From Paramoeba atlantica (Eukaryota; Protista; Discosea): a DNA stretch of 64,000 nucleotides. The position numbers and the translations under genes were made by a program. The notes under the pieces are model-generated. The model saw nothing but the letters and a program-made list of their open reading frames with translations. It did no database searches and was not told the DNA's origin. The DNA lies in assembly GCA_977017575.1 (NCBI GenBank), contig CDRNVI010000054.1, forward strand, positions 726,496 through 790,495. The letters are read 5' to 3'. This document shows positions 1-10,641 of this stretch, one piece after another (the first letter of the stretch is position 1; each line of letters begins with the position of its first letter).

Positions 1-281
1 TTCTTAGAGATCGATTGATTAGGAGGCTTGAAATTGAAAGTCTGTTTGTTTTTGAAAAATTTTCTGTAAGTGTGTTCTGTGTTGATATTTTGAAGGTGGA
101 AATATTTAGGGGAAATTTTTGAAACCTTTAACTGGGCTAACATCTCAGTGTTGGTTGGTTGGTTCACTTGGGGTACCTAGCCCTCGCGAGCTAGGCGGGA
201 GCATAGACTCTTTCGACCCGACCAGCACCCGTCCTGGATATTATGGCGTCTTCGTGCTGAAACTGGGCTTTCAGTAGAGGC

Positions 282-974
282 TTAAGCCTCTACCAAAGGA
301 TCCGCTGGGTCCTCTACGCGGATGCGCGAAACCATCATCCTGACTTGAGAACGCATTAGCGTCACGTTCAGATCCGTTAGGAGATCGTTTCGCGCTTGGT
401 CTCGTGAAAGGATCCCTTTGGACGCATTCGCCCGTTGGGTTCCGATGTCCCGGAGTAACGCTAGCGCACTCTCGCTCCAGGAACCAAAGGATTCCACCAC
501 CATCGCTGTGAAGAGGTGTCCTGCTTTTTCTGCTTCTTGTCGCTGTCGCGCCTTGGTCTCCGCGAAGTGCTCAGCAAAAGACCCCGGGGTCACCCAGCTA
601 GCATTGTGGACTGAGTCCAAATACTTTGTTTGCTGTGCGCGAGTGACCGCAAAATCGAGGACCATGCCTTGCGCTAAAGATCCTTTGGCGATGGAGGCAG
701 TTGGCAGAAATACGTCTGCTGGTCTCGTGAGAGCCCCCCCAGGACCCCGATTTCCCAAACTCTTCTCTCTCTGTGGCGCCAGGAAGGCTCTGCTGCAGAA
801 CGATATAAATTGTTGGGCCAGAGCGTTGTGCCGTGAGATGATACCATGGCCGTTCTTGCAGAGAAAAGCGTGCTCCCCATTCTTGAGAAAGGGAAGGGTG
901 CACCAGTCAGCTGGGCAAGGCCGCACTTTTACACACCAGGGCATGGTTCCCCTCGCGCCCGAGAGGCTGCGCAC
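282..974 (-). pseudogene. C-terminal CCHC and restriction-like endonuclease domain of the CRE-like element
   Basis: CPADWC...HAFLC, RHNAL, RPADVFLP, DFAVT, VVESFGSWSE. Confidence 0.9.
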
Positions 975-1012
975 ACTTGGTCATAGGACAGGGTCGAGAT
1001 TCCACGTAGACG

Positions 1013-3330
1013 TCAGCTCCCAGCCACCAACGGGTGAGAGCGCGAAACTCGGTCGACGTGAAGGCATAACCCCTCCCCTTTGAAGGTACGACCAACCCCC
1101 TCACCCGTTTCGGAGAGCCATCTGGCGCGTGTATGGGGGTCGGCAGAGAGGTACGCCACCTTGTATTCCCGAGCTAAGATTGCTCGGGAGAGTGCTTGCT
1201 GCCTCGCTGTCGGGGGCTTTTCTTCCGGCATGTTCTCGGGTTTTGGGCTGGGAAGCGGGACGGGATCTGTTAGTGGGCGTGGTGGGAGCGTCACTGTAGG
1301 GCAACTGGACGGGTGAGAGGAGGAGCCTTTGGAGATAGAAAAAGTTTCCGGGGTATACTGATACCGCCCTGACAATTCGTCAATGAAGAGGGTACCAGAG
1401 AGCTCGTTTACATGGCGTGCCGCCTCGGAAAAGCCTGCAGCATGCGCCGCGTTCCACTCGTCGCACGATGCTGCAAAAGCTACGGATGACACGTACGCTG
1501 CGGCAGCGTGCATGAAGGAGGATAGCAGACCGAGGCCGCCGTACTTTTTGCTGCGCTGAGCCTGCATGCGTGACGAGGGGGTAAGCGAATTGATGGCCCT
1601 CTGCTCTGGGACTGCTTCTAGGCCTAGCGTTTTAGAGAGTTCTAAGATTACCTGAGGAGGGGTAGTGCGCATGGCGAATACGAGTTGACAGAAACCAGAG
1701 CATTGTCAGATTAGTGTCAACGCGACTTGCGGGTCTTCGATTCTCTTTATTGCCCGCATTGTAGATATCGCGGGGAGTAACGCATTCGTGTCCTGAAAAG
1801 CGCTGCAGTGATTTGCCGAACCAATCGGGCTTCCTAATAGATCAAAATTACCATTAATGTTTATCTTGTCTGGGGGAATGTCTGCGAAAAGAGCAGCGTT
1901 GTGCGCTGAGGCGGGGTGGAGGGCTACCTCACATTTTTGTTTGGTAAGGAGAAGACCAAGTTGTGTCCCCTCGCTAGAGGGGACTGCCAAGGGCCTTCCG
2001 GACTGATGCCTGGCTACCCGCTAAGTCCCCGTCATCAAGGTACCAGAACTGAAAGAAAGTGTCCTCTGGGAGTTCTGAAACGATTTTTTCCGTAATTAAG
2101 TGAAGAACGAGAGAGAAGAGCAGATGTCCGAGCGGGCCCCCTTGCTGTACGCCTTCTGCTGAGAGAACGGGGTGTGGGCCGTAGGTGAGTGAGCTGTCTG
2201 TCTCATAACACCACGAAATCCAGTCCGATAATTCTGGGAAATTTTCGCGTGTCAGGGAAATGAGAACGGATCGAGAAACGTTGTTAAACGCGTTGGCCAG
2301 ATCGACTTTACAGAAGACGAAGTCTGGGTCGTCAATGTGGGCGGAGAACGTCTGTCAGCAACGGTGTATCATCCGTTCCGACCCTGCAGGAACCGCGAAG
2401 CCGTATTGTGTTCCGCAAAAGATGGCTTGCGCTCGCAGTTTGAGTGCTGCACATGCTCCTTTGCTCGCTAGGCGACGAAGAGTTTCACCGACAGCAATCG
2501 GGCGGACGTCTTGCTCTCCTTTCTGCAAGGCGCAGAGGCGGGCGCCTGCGAAATGGTTTTGGGATTCGAGCGGAGCTTTCCCCGCCAAGAGATGGTTGAC
2601 TAACTTTGCGAGGGCCGTGAGTGGGTTGACATTCGAGTCGACGTTCGCGTAGAATGCCTCCTGTATGTGTTCTGGGCACAACCCCATCGTGCCTCCCGAG
2701 GAGCCTCTGTGGAAGCTTTTGACTGCGGCAGAAGTTTCTTGTTCCGTGAGCTGCAATGGCGGGCACTTTGTTGGGGGTGGTTCGGTGGCGAGGAATTCTG
2801 TCAAAAAGGCGGGGCAGGGCAGCCGACAAGGGTGTTTATTTCGAAGTTTTGAGAGGGTTTCTGGGCTTTCGGGCGCCATCGGAGAGGCCGTAAGGGCTGC
2901 CATACCCCGAGAAAATTCGCCTTGTCGTGCGAGGAGCTCTGTACGAATGGCTGCTCGCTTCTCGTCGTTGTGAGGGGTTTTCGGAGAACTATGTTGCTTG
3001 TTATTGAAGGAGGAAATTGCATCATACCATAGGGAAGCGTACTCGCGCGCTTGCCAACGCTCTAGGCACTTGAGAACGTGGTTGGCGTACGAAGTGTGCC
3101 CTTTGCGGCCCCCACGATAAGGGGCATGGAGGACGAACTTCGGGAGCATCGCTAGGAGGGTCCAAGCGCAAGTAGTGTTTTCCTTCCCCGCCGCAGCCAT
3201 CGCCTCGGAGAGAGCCGACGCCCAAAGTTGACGGCATCGGTATTGGATTTGTTTGCATGTCGAAATTGGGATGGCACATACGATAGGTAAGGGCGGCAGA
3301 GGTGGGTCGTTGTTTCACACTACCCCCGAG
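1013..3330 (-). pseudogene. Reverse transcriptase and thumb region of element A (disrupted)
   Basis: The 281-aa ORF 2355-3200 continues in frame past TGA into KVDLANAFN...QQGGPLG...WYLDDG. There is a frameshift near 1990 and a TGA at 1706-1708, followed by QCSGFCQLVFAMRTTPP. Confidence 0.92.
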
Positions 3331-3674
3331 AGATTAAGGGGTAGAACTGGAGTTGAGCTGGGCGACTGGGAGGGGTCAGTGGGGTGAGGGGAGGCGTGAT
3401 TTCGGAATTTACACTCTCAAGGTGTGAGATCTGTTTTGAAATATCGTAATTTTTTCTACATGGCCTGCAGAGGAAGCGACCTTGTTCACCCCACCACTGT
3501 GCGGAAACCGCGTCACCGTGTCGTGATTATAGAAGGCCTGCCAATGCCCTCCATGGGACGTTGTACTCCAAGTGCATCCTTCCGCTGGAAAAACACGAGA
3601 TTCTGTGGGCATGAAGAGGGGAAGTGTGATTTCGGAGAGATTATTGGAATGGAGAAGACGCGATCGTCGTGCAG

Positions 3675-4050
3675 GGTGGAGGTGGCGGAGTAGCAAGAAC
3701 TCAAAGTTTGAAGCACATGGTGCTCAAACGGCGAGTTCAAACCCGCTCATCGCAATTTTCCTGGCGGCCTCACTCTAAGAGGCTGGGCTGATACCCGACT
3801 AGGCCCAGTACTCGGATGACCGTCCCCTCAGTGAACCAGCTCCCTTACCCGGCTTACACCTCTTGGGTAAGCCGTGTTGACGTGCTGTTCGTTGACGCAG
3901 CGTGTTGGAAACAGCACGTTGGTGTCGCCTTGGACAAGCGGAAACTGGTAGAGGACGTCGGCCTCGGAACTTCCAAATCTGTCTGTGAAGGGTCTGGCTT
4001 GCCAGTGACCATCCGGAGCAATCCGGAATGATTTGGATTTTTTTGGATTG
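3675..4050 (+). mobile_element. tRNA-derived SINE nested in element A (copy 1)
   Basis: A-box TGGCGGAGT(A/G)GC, B-box GAGTTCAAACC, 3' hairpin TCCGGA-GCAA-TCCGGA and a GGATTT/T-rich tail. Flanked by GATCGTYGTGCAG (3662-3674 and 4051-4063). Confidence 0.85.
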
Positions 4051-5908
4051 GATCGTTGTGCAGAGTGCGGGGTATCGGGTCCCGGATTCTGTTCCACTCC
4101 GCCTCGCACAAGTTCGTTTTTTACGCTCGCTTGGGTCCACCCTGTGCTGGCCTCTAGCTCTATGGCAGGCGAGGTGAGGTTTTGCAATACGCGGGGGGGG
4201 CCTCGGTTCCACTCCAATCCCCCTCGTAAAAGACCGATATCTACCTGGGTCTTGCTCCACCCTGAGTTCGCTATAAACTTCTCGCTGGGCGTGAAACAAC
4301 AGAGCGGTCCTGAGGGGGAGGGCACTTCGCACCACGCAGGGGCGAATTCTGGGTCGATACCTAAATGTGAACATATAGCAACCGATAATTTGTTAGTAGG
4401 CACGCTGGAGGGGACAGTGATCTGCGTCTCACCTGTCGGGTATCCGTAAATGAGGACTCTGTTTTTTGACGGCTTTGCGGCGTTATAAGGTACCCGAAGA
4501 GCAGTGCCTAAAGTAACTAGGGGCGATATGTTGCTGAGCTTCTCGGTTAGATCCATAGTGGCCCCGGTTGCTGAAGCAACGAGTGTCACGAGCTCACTGC
4601 GGAGCCCCAAACAGAGCGCGATCTTGTCTCTAACTGAATCCAGATGGGCGTGAGACGGAACAACTGGGAAGGTGAGATTTTCCCAAGGCGATGGGCAAAG
4701 AAGGAGACGAATTGTAACGTCGACGGTGCTGTCTTCATCTAGATCTTCATCCCAGCCGGGCTGATCCAGTCCTCCAATTCAGTTTCCTTCATGTTTCTCT
4801 CGGCCTTTTGCATAAAAGGCGAGTTAGCAGACGGCGTTCTTGAGAGGGCTTGAAGTTCCCGGTGGAAGGTCTCTTACTTTCTCTACAATCTCGGAGCTTT
4901 CCTCTAACAGGATACTTCTTTTGGCGTCCATAGCTTTGCGAAACGCAACCTTGATGTCGTGTTCAAGGTGTACTTTCTTGTGCTCACTCAGTTGGTCGGC
5001 ATCCATCAGTTGCTTTGAACAGGTGTTGCAAACGTGTCCCTTCTTCTCTGTAATGGAGAGCTTTCGGGCAAGAGCGAGATGCCACTCGCGTCTTGCGTTA
5101 AGGTTTTCGAGAAAGAGATTGTGTCTGGAGACGAGCTCCTGGGCGACTAATTGAACGAATGAGAGATCTTTTTCTGTTGAACGGATCTCGTACTCTATGT
5201 CCGCTATGAAACCGTTTTCAGGCTTCTCTTTAGAGTGGAATGTGATTCTTTATTTAGCTTCTCAAACAGGGAAAAGCGTTCCTCCAATGAAAGAATGTGT
5301 TTCGTCTTCCCCGTAGTGGTTTCGCTTTCGTTAGAGGAGAAGGGGAAGTTACTGCGCGTTACTCCCTTTAGTGCTTGGACGAATGTTTTCTTCGGCCGTT
5401 CGGTGTGTGAAGCGAAGTAAGTTGCAGTTCTGGCAGGAGGGCGTGAGGGGAGCTCTGAAGTTCCCATAAATCGGGGAGGCTTCGAGGACGGAGTTCCGGT
5501 GTGATCCCGTGGGGCATGAGGGGATTCGAAGTCGCACGCATCACAGCGATTGAAATAGGGACGTTTAGGGCTGAAAGGGGATGAACACACTTCGCAGGGT
5601 TTGGTGAGACCCTGGGAAGTGTTTGAACAAGACAGTGCGCAGGACTCACACCACCGAAAGTAAGGCCTAGCGGGAAAGAACGGGGAGGAGCAAGCATCAC
5701 ATGATTTTTGGTGAGTGCTGTGTGGGCTTGGAGGGTTCGTCGCCGCGCGTGGCTGGACGGAAGGGTACGAGCGAATGGTGGGATGTAATGGGGGTTGTGA
5801 GAAATTGGGCGAGCATTTCGCGCAAAATCGGTGGGCGCGGTTATGTGGGACAAAACGTGTGCCACAGTGGCAAAACCAGAACTTCCCACCTGATCGAGGG
5901 TCATTCAT
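3828..5908 (-). pseudogene. N-terminal part of the element A polyprotein (zinc ribbons, C2H2, Ubl-like region, 2A-like motifs), frameshifted
   Basis: ORF 5204-5908, then a -1 frame encoding CNTCSKQLMDADQLSEHKKVH, then ORF 3828-4610. This copy has an additional private 1-nt deletion near 4757. Confidence 0.75.
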
Positions 5909-6199
5909 CGAGGGTCATTCATATGTAAAGTCAATAGGAATGGAAAGAGAAATAATTCAACAAGGCACAGAAACTGCATCTTTATCGTTGTTTTTTTTTT
6001 TGCAATAAATGGGGGGGGAGAAGTATAAAACGCGGCATTGCCTCTATATTTTTACCCAGAGACGAACCAAGTAGGTCCATTGGGGGGGGTATATGATTGA
6101 ACAAGCAATCAAATTGGCAATTTCACATGTTGTAGCCCAAAACTATTAATTCAACCTGCCTTAAGTTATTTATGATTTTGATAACAATAATAATAAAAA

Positions 6200-7220
6200 G
6201 AAGCAATTCATTCCCAATCCATTCGCTCGTTCCGGACCGGGTCTTTCGACCACTCCTCGGCCTGACTTGTGAACCCTTCCCTTGTTATATGGGAAGGTTT
6301 TTTTATTTTAACTTCACAGCTTTAGCAACAACAACAACAACTTACTTCCACACTTTACGCGCCCTTTCATGCGCAACGAAAGACGCAGGTTTTCTGCGGG
6401 CATCCGGAGTACCAACATGTGCGCTTGGGCTCGCATAAGGGTCACGTTCACTTCCGTGAGGAGGCGTTGGAAGGCCTTTCCACGCGAAAGTGTGCCCTTC
6501 GAGGCAGCTGAGCGGCGCTCGGCAACTTCTCGGAGAATTCCCCGCGCGCTCTCCGACCAGGGCCCGAAGGATTCCACCGCCATCCCGGTGAATCTATACC
6601 CTTGGGGTTCGGCCTCGAGGCGCTCCGAACGTTTGTGTTCCGTATCGTACCGTTCGACAAAGGATCCTGCGTTTCCCACACGTTAGCGCCTCGGACTGAG
6701 TCCGTATATGTATGTGGGTTGCTGAACGTGAGTTACGCAGAAGTCCAATACCAAACCGGTAGCTAGGCCAAAGTTTGGGAGGAAGACATGGCCCGGTCTG
6801 GTGGGGCCGCCGCCCGGGCCGTGGTTGCCTAGACCGACCTCTCGTTGCGGGGCGAGGTGTGCCTTGGCGCACACATCGCAGAAGTGCTCGACCAGGGCGT
6901 TGTGCCGGGAGATGAGGCCGTAGACGCTTTTTCATGCTAGGGCATGCTGGCCATCAGATCCTAGCGGTTGTTTACACTGGTCTCTAGGGCAAGGGCGGGG
7001 GGTGTCTTAGACGTCTGCCCCGAGCCACCAGCGTGCCAGGGTGCGGAACTCCGTAGGGGTAAGGGCGTACCCCAGCTCTCTGGATGGGAGGACAAAGGAC
7101 CAGCTTCCGACCCCTTCCCCGCTTTGAGAGAGCCATCTCGCTCTCTTTTCTTTTTGGCTCGTGTATCACATGTAGTCGGATCTTTTGCTTTCGGACAAGA
7201 ACCTGGTATCTCTCTCTTCC
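6200..7220 (-). mobile_element. 3' fragment of related CRE-like element B (unit 1)
   Basis: ARWLSQSGEG, RWWLGADV, CPRDQC, RHNAL, RPGHVFLP, DFCVT and VESFGPW, interrupted by stops. Clearly diverged from element A. Confidence 0.88.
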
Positions 7221-9111
7221 TTTCGTGTCCTGAAAAGCGCTGCAGTGATTTGCCGAACCAATCGGGCTTCCTAATAGATCAAAATTACCATTAATGTTTA
7301 TCTTGTCTGGGGGAATGTCTGCGAAAAGAGCAGCGTTGTGCGCTGAGGCGGGGTGGAGGGCTACCTCACATTTTTGTTTGGTAAGGAGAAGACCAAGTTG
7401 TGTCCCCTCGCTAGAGGGGACTGCCAAGGGCCTTCCGGACTGATGCCTGGCTACCCGCTAAGTCCCCGTCATCAAGGTACCAGAACTGAAAGAAAGTGTC
7501 CTCTGGGAGTTCTGAAACGATTTTTTCCGTAATTAAGTGAAGAACGAGAGAGAAGAGCAGATGTCCGAGCGGGCCCCCTTGCTGTACGCCTTCTGCTGAG
7601 AGAACGGTGTGTGGGCCGTAGGTGAGTGAGCTGTCTGTCTCATAACACCACGAAATCCAGTCCGATAATTCTGGGAAATTTTCGCGTGTCAGGGAAATGA
7701 GAACGGATCGAGAAACGTTGTTAAACGCGTTGGCCAGATCGACTTTACAGAAGACGAAGTCTGGGTCGTCAATGTGGGCGGAGAACGTCTGTCAGCAACG
7801 GCGTATCATCCGTTCCGACCCTGCAGGAACCGCGAAGCCGTATTGTGTTCCGCAAAAGATGGCTTGCGCTCGCAGTTTGAGTGCTGCACATGCTCCTTTG
7901 CTCGCTAGGCGACGAAGAGTTTCACCGACAGCAATCGGGCGGACGTCTTGCTCTCCTTTCTGCAAGGCGCAGAGGCGGGCGCCTGCGAAATGGTTTTGGG
8001 ATTCGAGCGGAGCTTTCCCCGCCAAGAAATGGTTGACTAACTTTGCGAGGGCCGTGAGTGGGTTGACATTCGAGTCGACGTTCGCGTAGAATGCCTCCTG
8101 TATGTGTTCTGGGCACAACCCCATCGTGCCTCCCGAGGAGCCTCTGTGGAAGCTTTTGACTGCGGCAGAAGTTTCTTGTTCCGTGAGCTGCAATGGCGGG
8201 CACTTTGTTGGGGGTGGTTCGGTGGCGAGGAATTCTGTCAAAAAGGCGGGGCAGGGCAGTCGACAAGGGTGTTTATTTCGAAGTTTTGAGAGGGTTTCTG
8301 GGCTTTCGGGCGCCATCGGAGAGGCCGTAAGGGCTGCCATACCCCGAGAAAATTCGCCTTGTCGTGCGAGGAGCTCTGTACGAATGGCTGCTCGCTTCTC
8401 GTCGTTGTGAGGGGTTTTCGGAGAACTATGTTGCTTGTTATTGAAGGAGGAAATTGCATCATACCATAGGGAAGCGTACTCGCGCGCTTGCCAACGCTCT
8501 AGGCACTTGAGAACGTGGTTGGCGTACGAAGTGTGCCCTTTGCGGCCCCCACGATAAGGGGCATGGAGGACGAACTTCGGGAGCATCGCTAGGAGGGTCC
8601 AAGCGCAAGTAGTGTTTTCCTTCCCCGCCGCAGCCATCGCCTCGGAGAGAGCCGACGCCCAAAGTTGACGGCATCGGTATTGGATTTGTTTGCATGTCGA
8701 AATTGGGATGGCACATACGATAGGTAAGGGCGGCAGAGGTGGGTCGTTGTTTCACACTACCCCCGAGAGATTAAGGGGTAGAACTGGAGTTGAGCTGGGC
8801 GACTGGGAGGGGTCAGTGGGGTGAGGGGAGGCGTGATTTCGGAATTTACACTCTCAAGGTGTGAGGTCTGCTTTGAAATATCGTAATTTTTTCTACATGG
8901 CCTGCAGAGGAAGCGACCTTGTTCACCCCACCACTGTGCGGAAACCGCGTCACCGTGTCGTGATTATAGAAGGCCTGCCAATGCCCTCCATGGGACGTTG
9001 TACTCCAAGTGCATCCTTCCGCTGGACAAACACGAGATTCTGTGGGCATGAAGAGGGGAAGTGTGATTTCGGAGAGATTATTGGAATGGAGAAGACGCGA
9101 TCGTCGTGCAG

Positions 9112-9487
9112 GGTGGAGGTGGCGGAGTGGCAAGAACTCAAAGTTTGAAGCACATGGTGCTCAAACGGCGAGTTCAAACCCGCTCATCGCAATATTCCTG
9201 GCGGCCTCACTCTAAGAGGCTGGGCTGATACCCGACTAGGCCCAGTACTCGGATGACCGTCCCCTCAGGGAACCAGCTCCCTTACCCGGCTTACACCTCT
9301 TGGGTAAGCCGTGTTGACGTGCTGTTCGTTGACGCAGCGTGTTGGAAACAGCACGTTGGTGTCGCCTTGGACAAGCGGAAACTGGTAGAGGACGTCGGCC
9401 TCGGAACTTCCAAATCTGTCTGTGAAGGGTCTGGCTCGCCAGTGACCATCCGGAGCAATCCGGAATGATTTGGATTTTTTTGGATTG
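9112..9487 (+). mobile_element. tRNA-derived SINE (copy 2)
   Basis: Same structure as copy 1, with an intact A-box TGGCGGAGTGG. TSD at 9099-9111 and 9488-9500. Confidence 0.85.
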
Positions 9488-10251
9488 GATCGTTGTGCAG
9501 AGTGCGGGGTATCGGGTCCCGGATTCTGTTCCACTCCGCCTCGCACAAGTTCGTTTTTTACGCTCGCTTGGGTCCACCCGGTGCTGGCCTCTAGCTCTAT
9601 GGCAGGCGAGGTGAGGTTTTGCAATACGCGGGGGGGGCCTCGGTTCCACTCCAATCCCCCTCGTAAAAGACCGATATCTACCTGGGTCTTGCTCCACCCT
9701 GAGTTCGCTATAAACTTCTCGCTGGGCGTGAAACAACAGAGCGGTCCTGAGGGGGAGGGCACTTCGCACCACGCAGGGGCGAATTCTGGGTCGATACCTA
9801 AATGTGAACATATAGCAACCGATAATTTGTTAGTAGGCACGCTGGAGGGGACAGTGATCTGCGTCTCACCTGTCGGGTATCCGTAAATGAGGACTCTGTT
9901 TTTTGACGGCTTTGCGGCGTTATAAGGTACCCGAAGAGCAGTGCCTAAAGTAACTAGGGGCGATATGTTGCTGAGCTTCTCGGTTAGATCCATAGTGGCC
10001 CCGGTTGCTGAAGCAACGAGTGTCACGAGCTCACTGCGGAGCCCCAAACAGAGCGCGATCTTGTCTCTAACTGAATCCAGATGGGCGTGAGACGGAACAA
10101 CTGGGAAGGTGAGATTTTCCCAAGGCGATGGGCAAAGAAGGAGACGAATTGTAACGTCGACGGTGCTGTCTTCATCTAGATCTTCATCCCAGCCCGGGCT
10201 GATCCAGTCCTCCAATTCAGTTTCCTTCATGTTTCTCTCGGCCTTTTGCAT
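9265..10251 (-). CDS. 328-aa ORF fragment of element A with a Ubl-like region and 2A-like motifs; it runs into the antisense SINE
   Basis: LLRGGLEWNRGP and ELVRGGVEQNPGP. Near-identical ORFs at 14703-15689, 20141-21127 and 25579-26565. Confidence 0.6.
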   Translation of the reverse strand: MQKAERNMKETELEDWISPGWDEDLDEDSTVDVTIRLLLCPSPWENLTFPVVPSHAHLDSVRDKIALCLGLRSELVTLVASATGATMDLTEKLSNISPLVTLGTALRVPYNAAKPSKNRVLIYGYPTGETQITVPSSVPTNKLSVAICSHLGIDPEFAPAWCEVPSPSGPLCCFTPSEKFIANSGWSKTQVDIGLLRGGLEWNRGPPRVLQNLTSPAIELEASTGWTQASVKNELVRGGVEQNPGPDTPHSAQRSNPKKSKSFRIAPDGHWRARPFTDRFGSSEADVLYQFPLVQGDTNVLFPTRCVNEQHVNTAYPRGVSRVRELVP

Positions 10252-10641
10252 AAAAGGCGAGTTAGCAGACGGCGTTCTTGAGAGGGCTTGAAGTTCCCGG
10301 TGGAAGGTCTCTTACTTTCTCTACAATCTCGGAGCTTTCCTCTAACAGGATACTTCTTTTGGCGTCCATAGCTTTGCGAAACGCAACCTTGATGTCGTGT
10401 TCAAGGCGTACTTTCTTGTGCTCACTCAGTTGGTCGGCATCCATCAGTTGCTTTGAACAGGTGTTGCAAACGTGTCCCTTCTTCTCTGTAATGGAGAGCT
10501 TTCGGGCAAGAGCGAGATGCCACTCGCGTCTTGCGTTAAGGTTTTCGAGAAAGAGATTGTGTCTGGAGACGAGCTCCTGGGCGACTAATTGAACGAATGA
10601 GAGATCTTTTTCTGTTGAACGGATCTCGTACTCTATGTCCG

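Larger units (their letters stand above)
150..5920 (-). mobile_element. Near full-length degraded CRE-like non-LTR retrotransposon (element A, leftmost copy)
   Basis: Minus-strand fragments give RT motifs RPIAVGE, KVDLANAFN, GVQQGGPLG and WYLDDG, a CCHC knuckle and RLE motifs RPADVFLP..DFAVT..ESFG. The element is broken by stops, frameshifts and a SINE. Exact ends are uncertain. Confidence 0.9.

Noticed and set aside
3675-3760. Functional tRNA gene
   Set aside because: The T-loop is one base short, the anticodon loop is non-canonical and the stems are mismatched. It is better explained as a SINE head.
3740-3860. HDV-like ribozyme in the SINE body or the retrotransposon UTRs
   Set aside because: There is superficial resemblance (CCAGTAC, GCGAATGG), but I could not build P1, P1.1, P2 and the catalytic-C junction consistently. 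An Infernal/RNArobo scan would settle it.
5204-5260. Programmed -1 ribosomal frameshift between the zinc-ribbon ORF and the C2H2 segment
   Set aside because: There is no X XXY YYZ slippery heptamer in the overlap, and the element has many other lesions.
282-5908. Alternative genetic code (stop reassignment) explaining the broken retrotransposon ORF
   Set aside because: Several frameshifts and a SINE insertion are also needed to repair it. The LRR and Tc1 ORFs read normally under the standard code.
5921-6200. Spliced-leader RNA or snRNA gene as the insertion target
   Set aside because: There is no match to SL sequences I know and no convincing splice donor plus Sm site.
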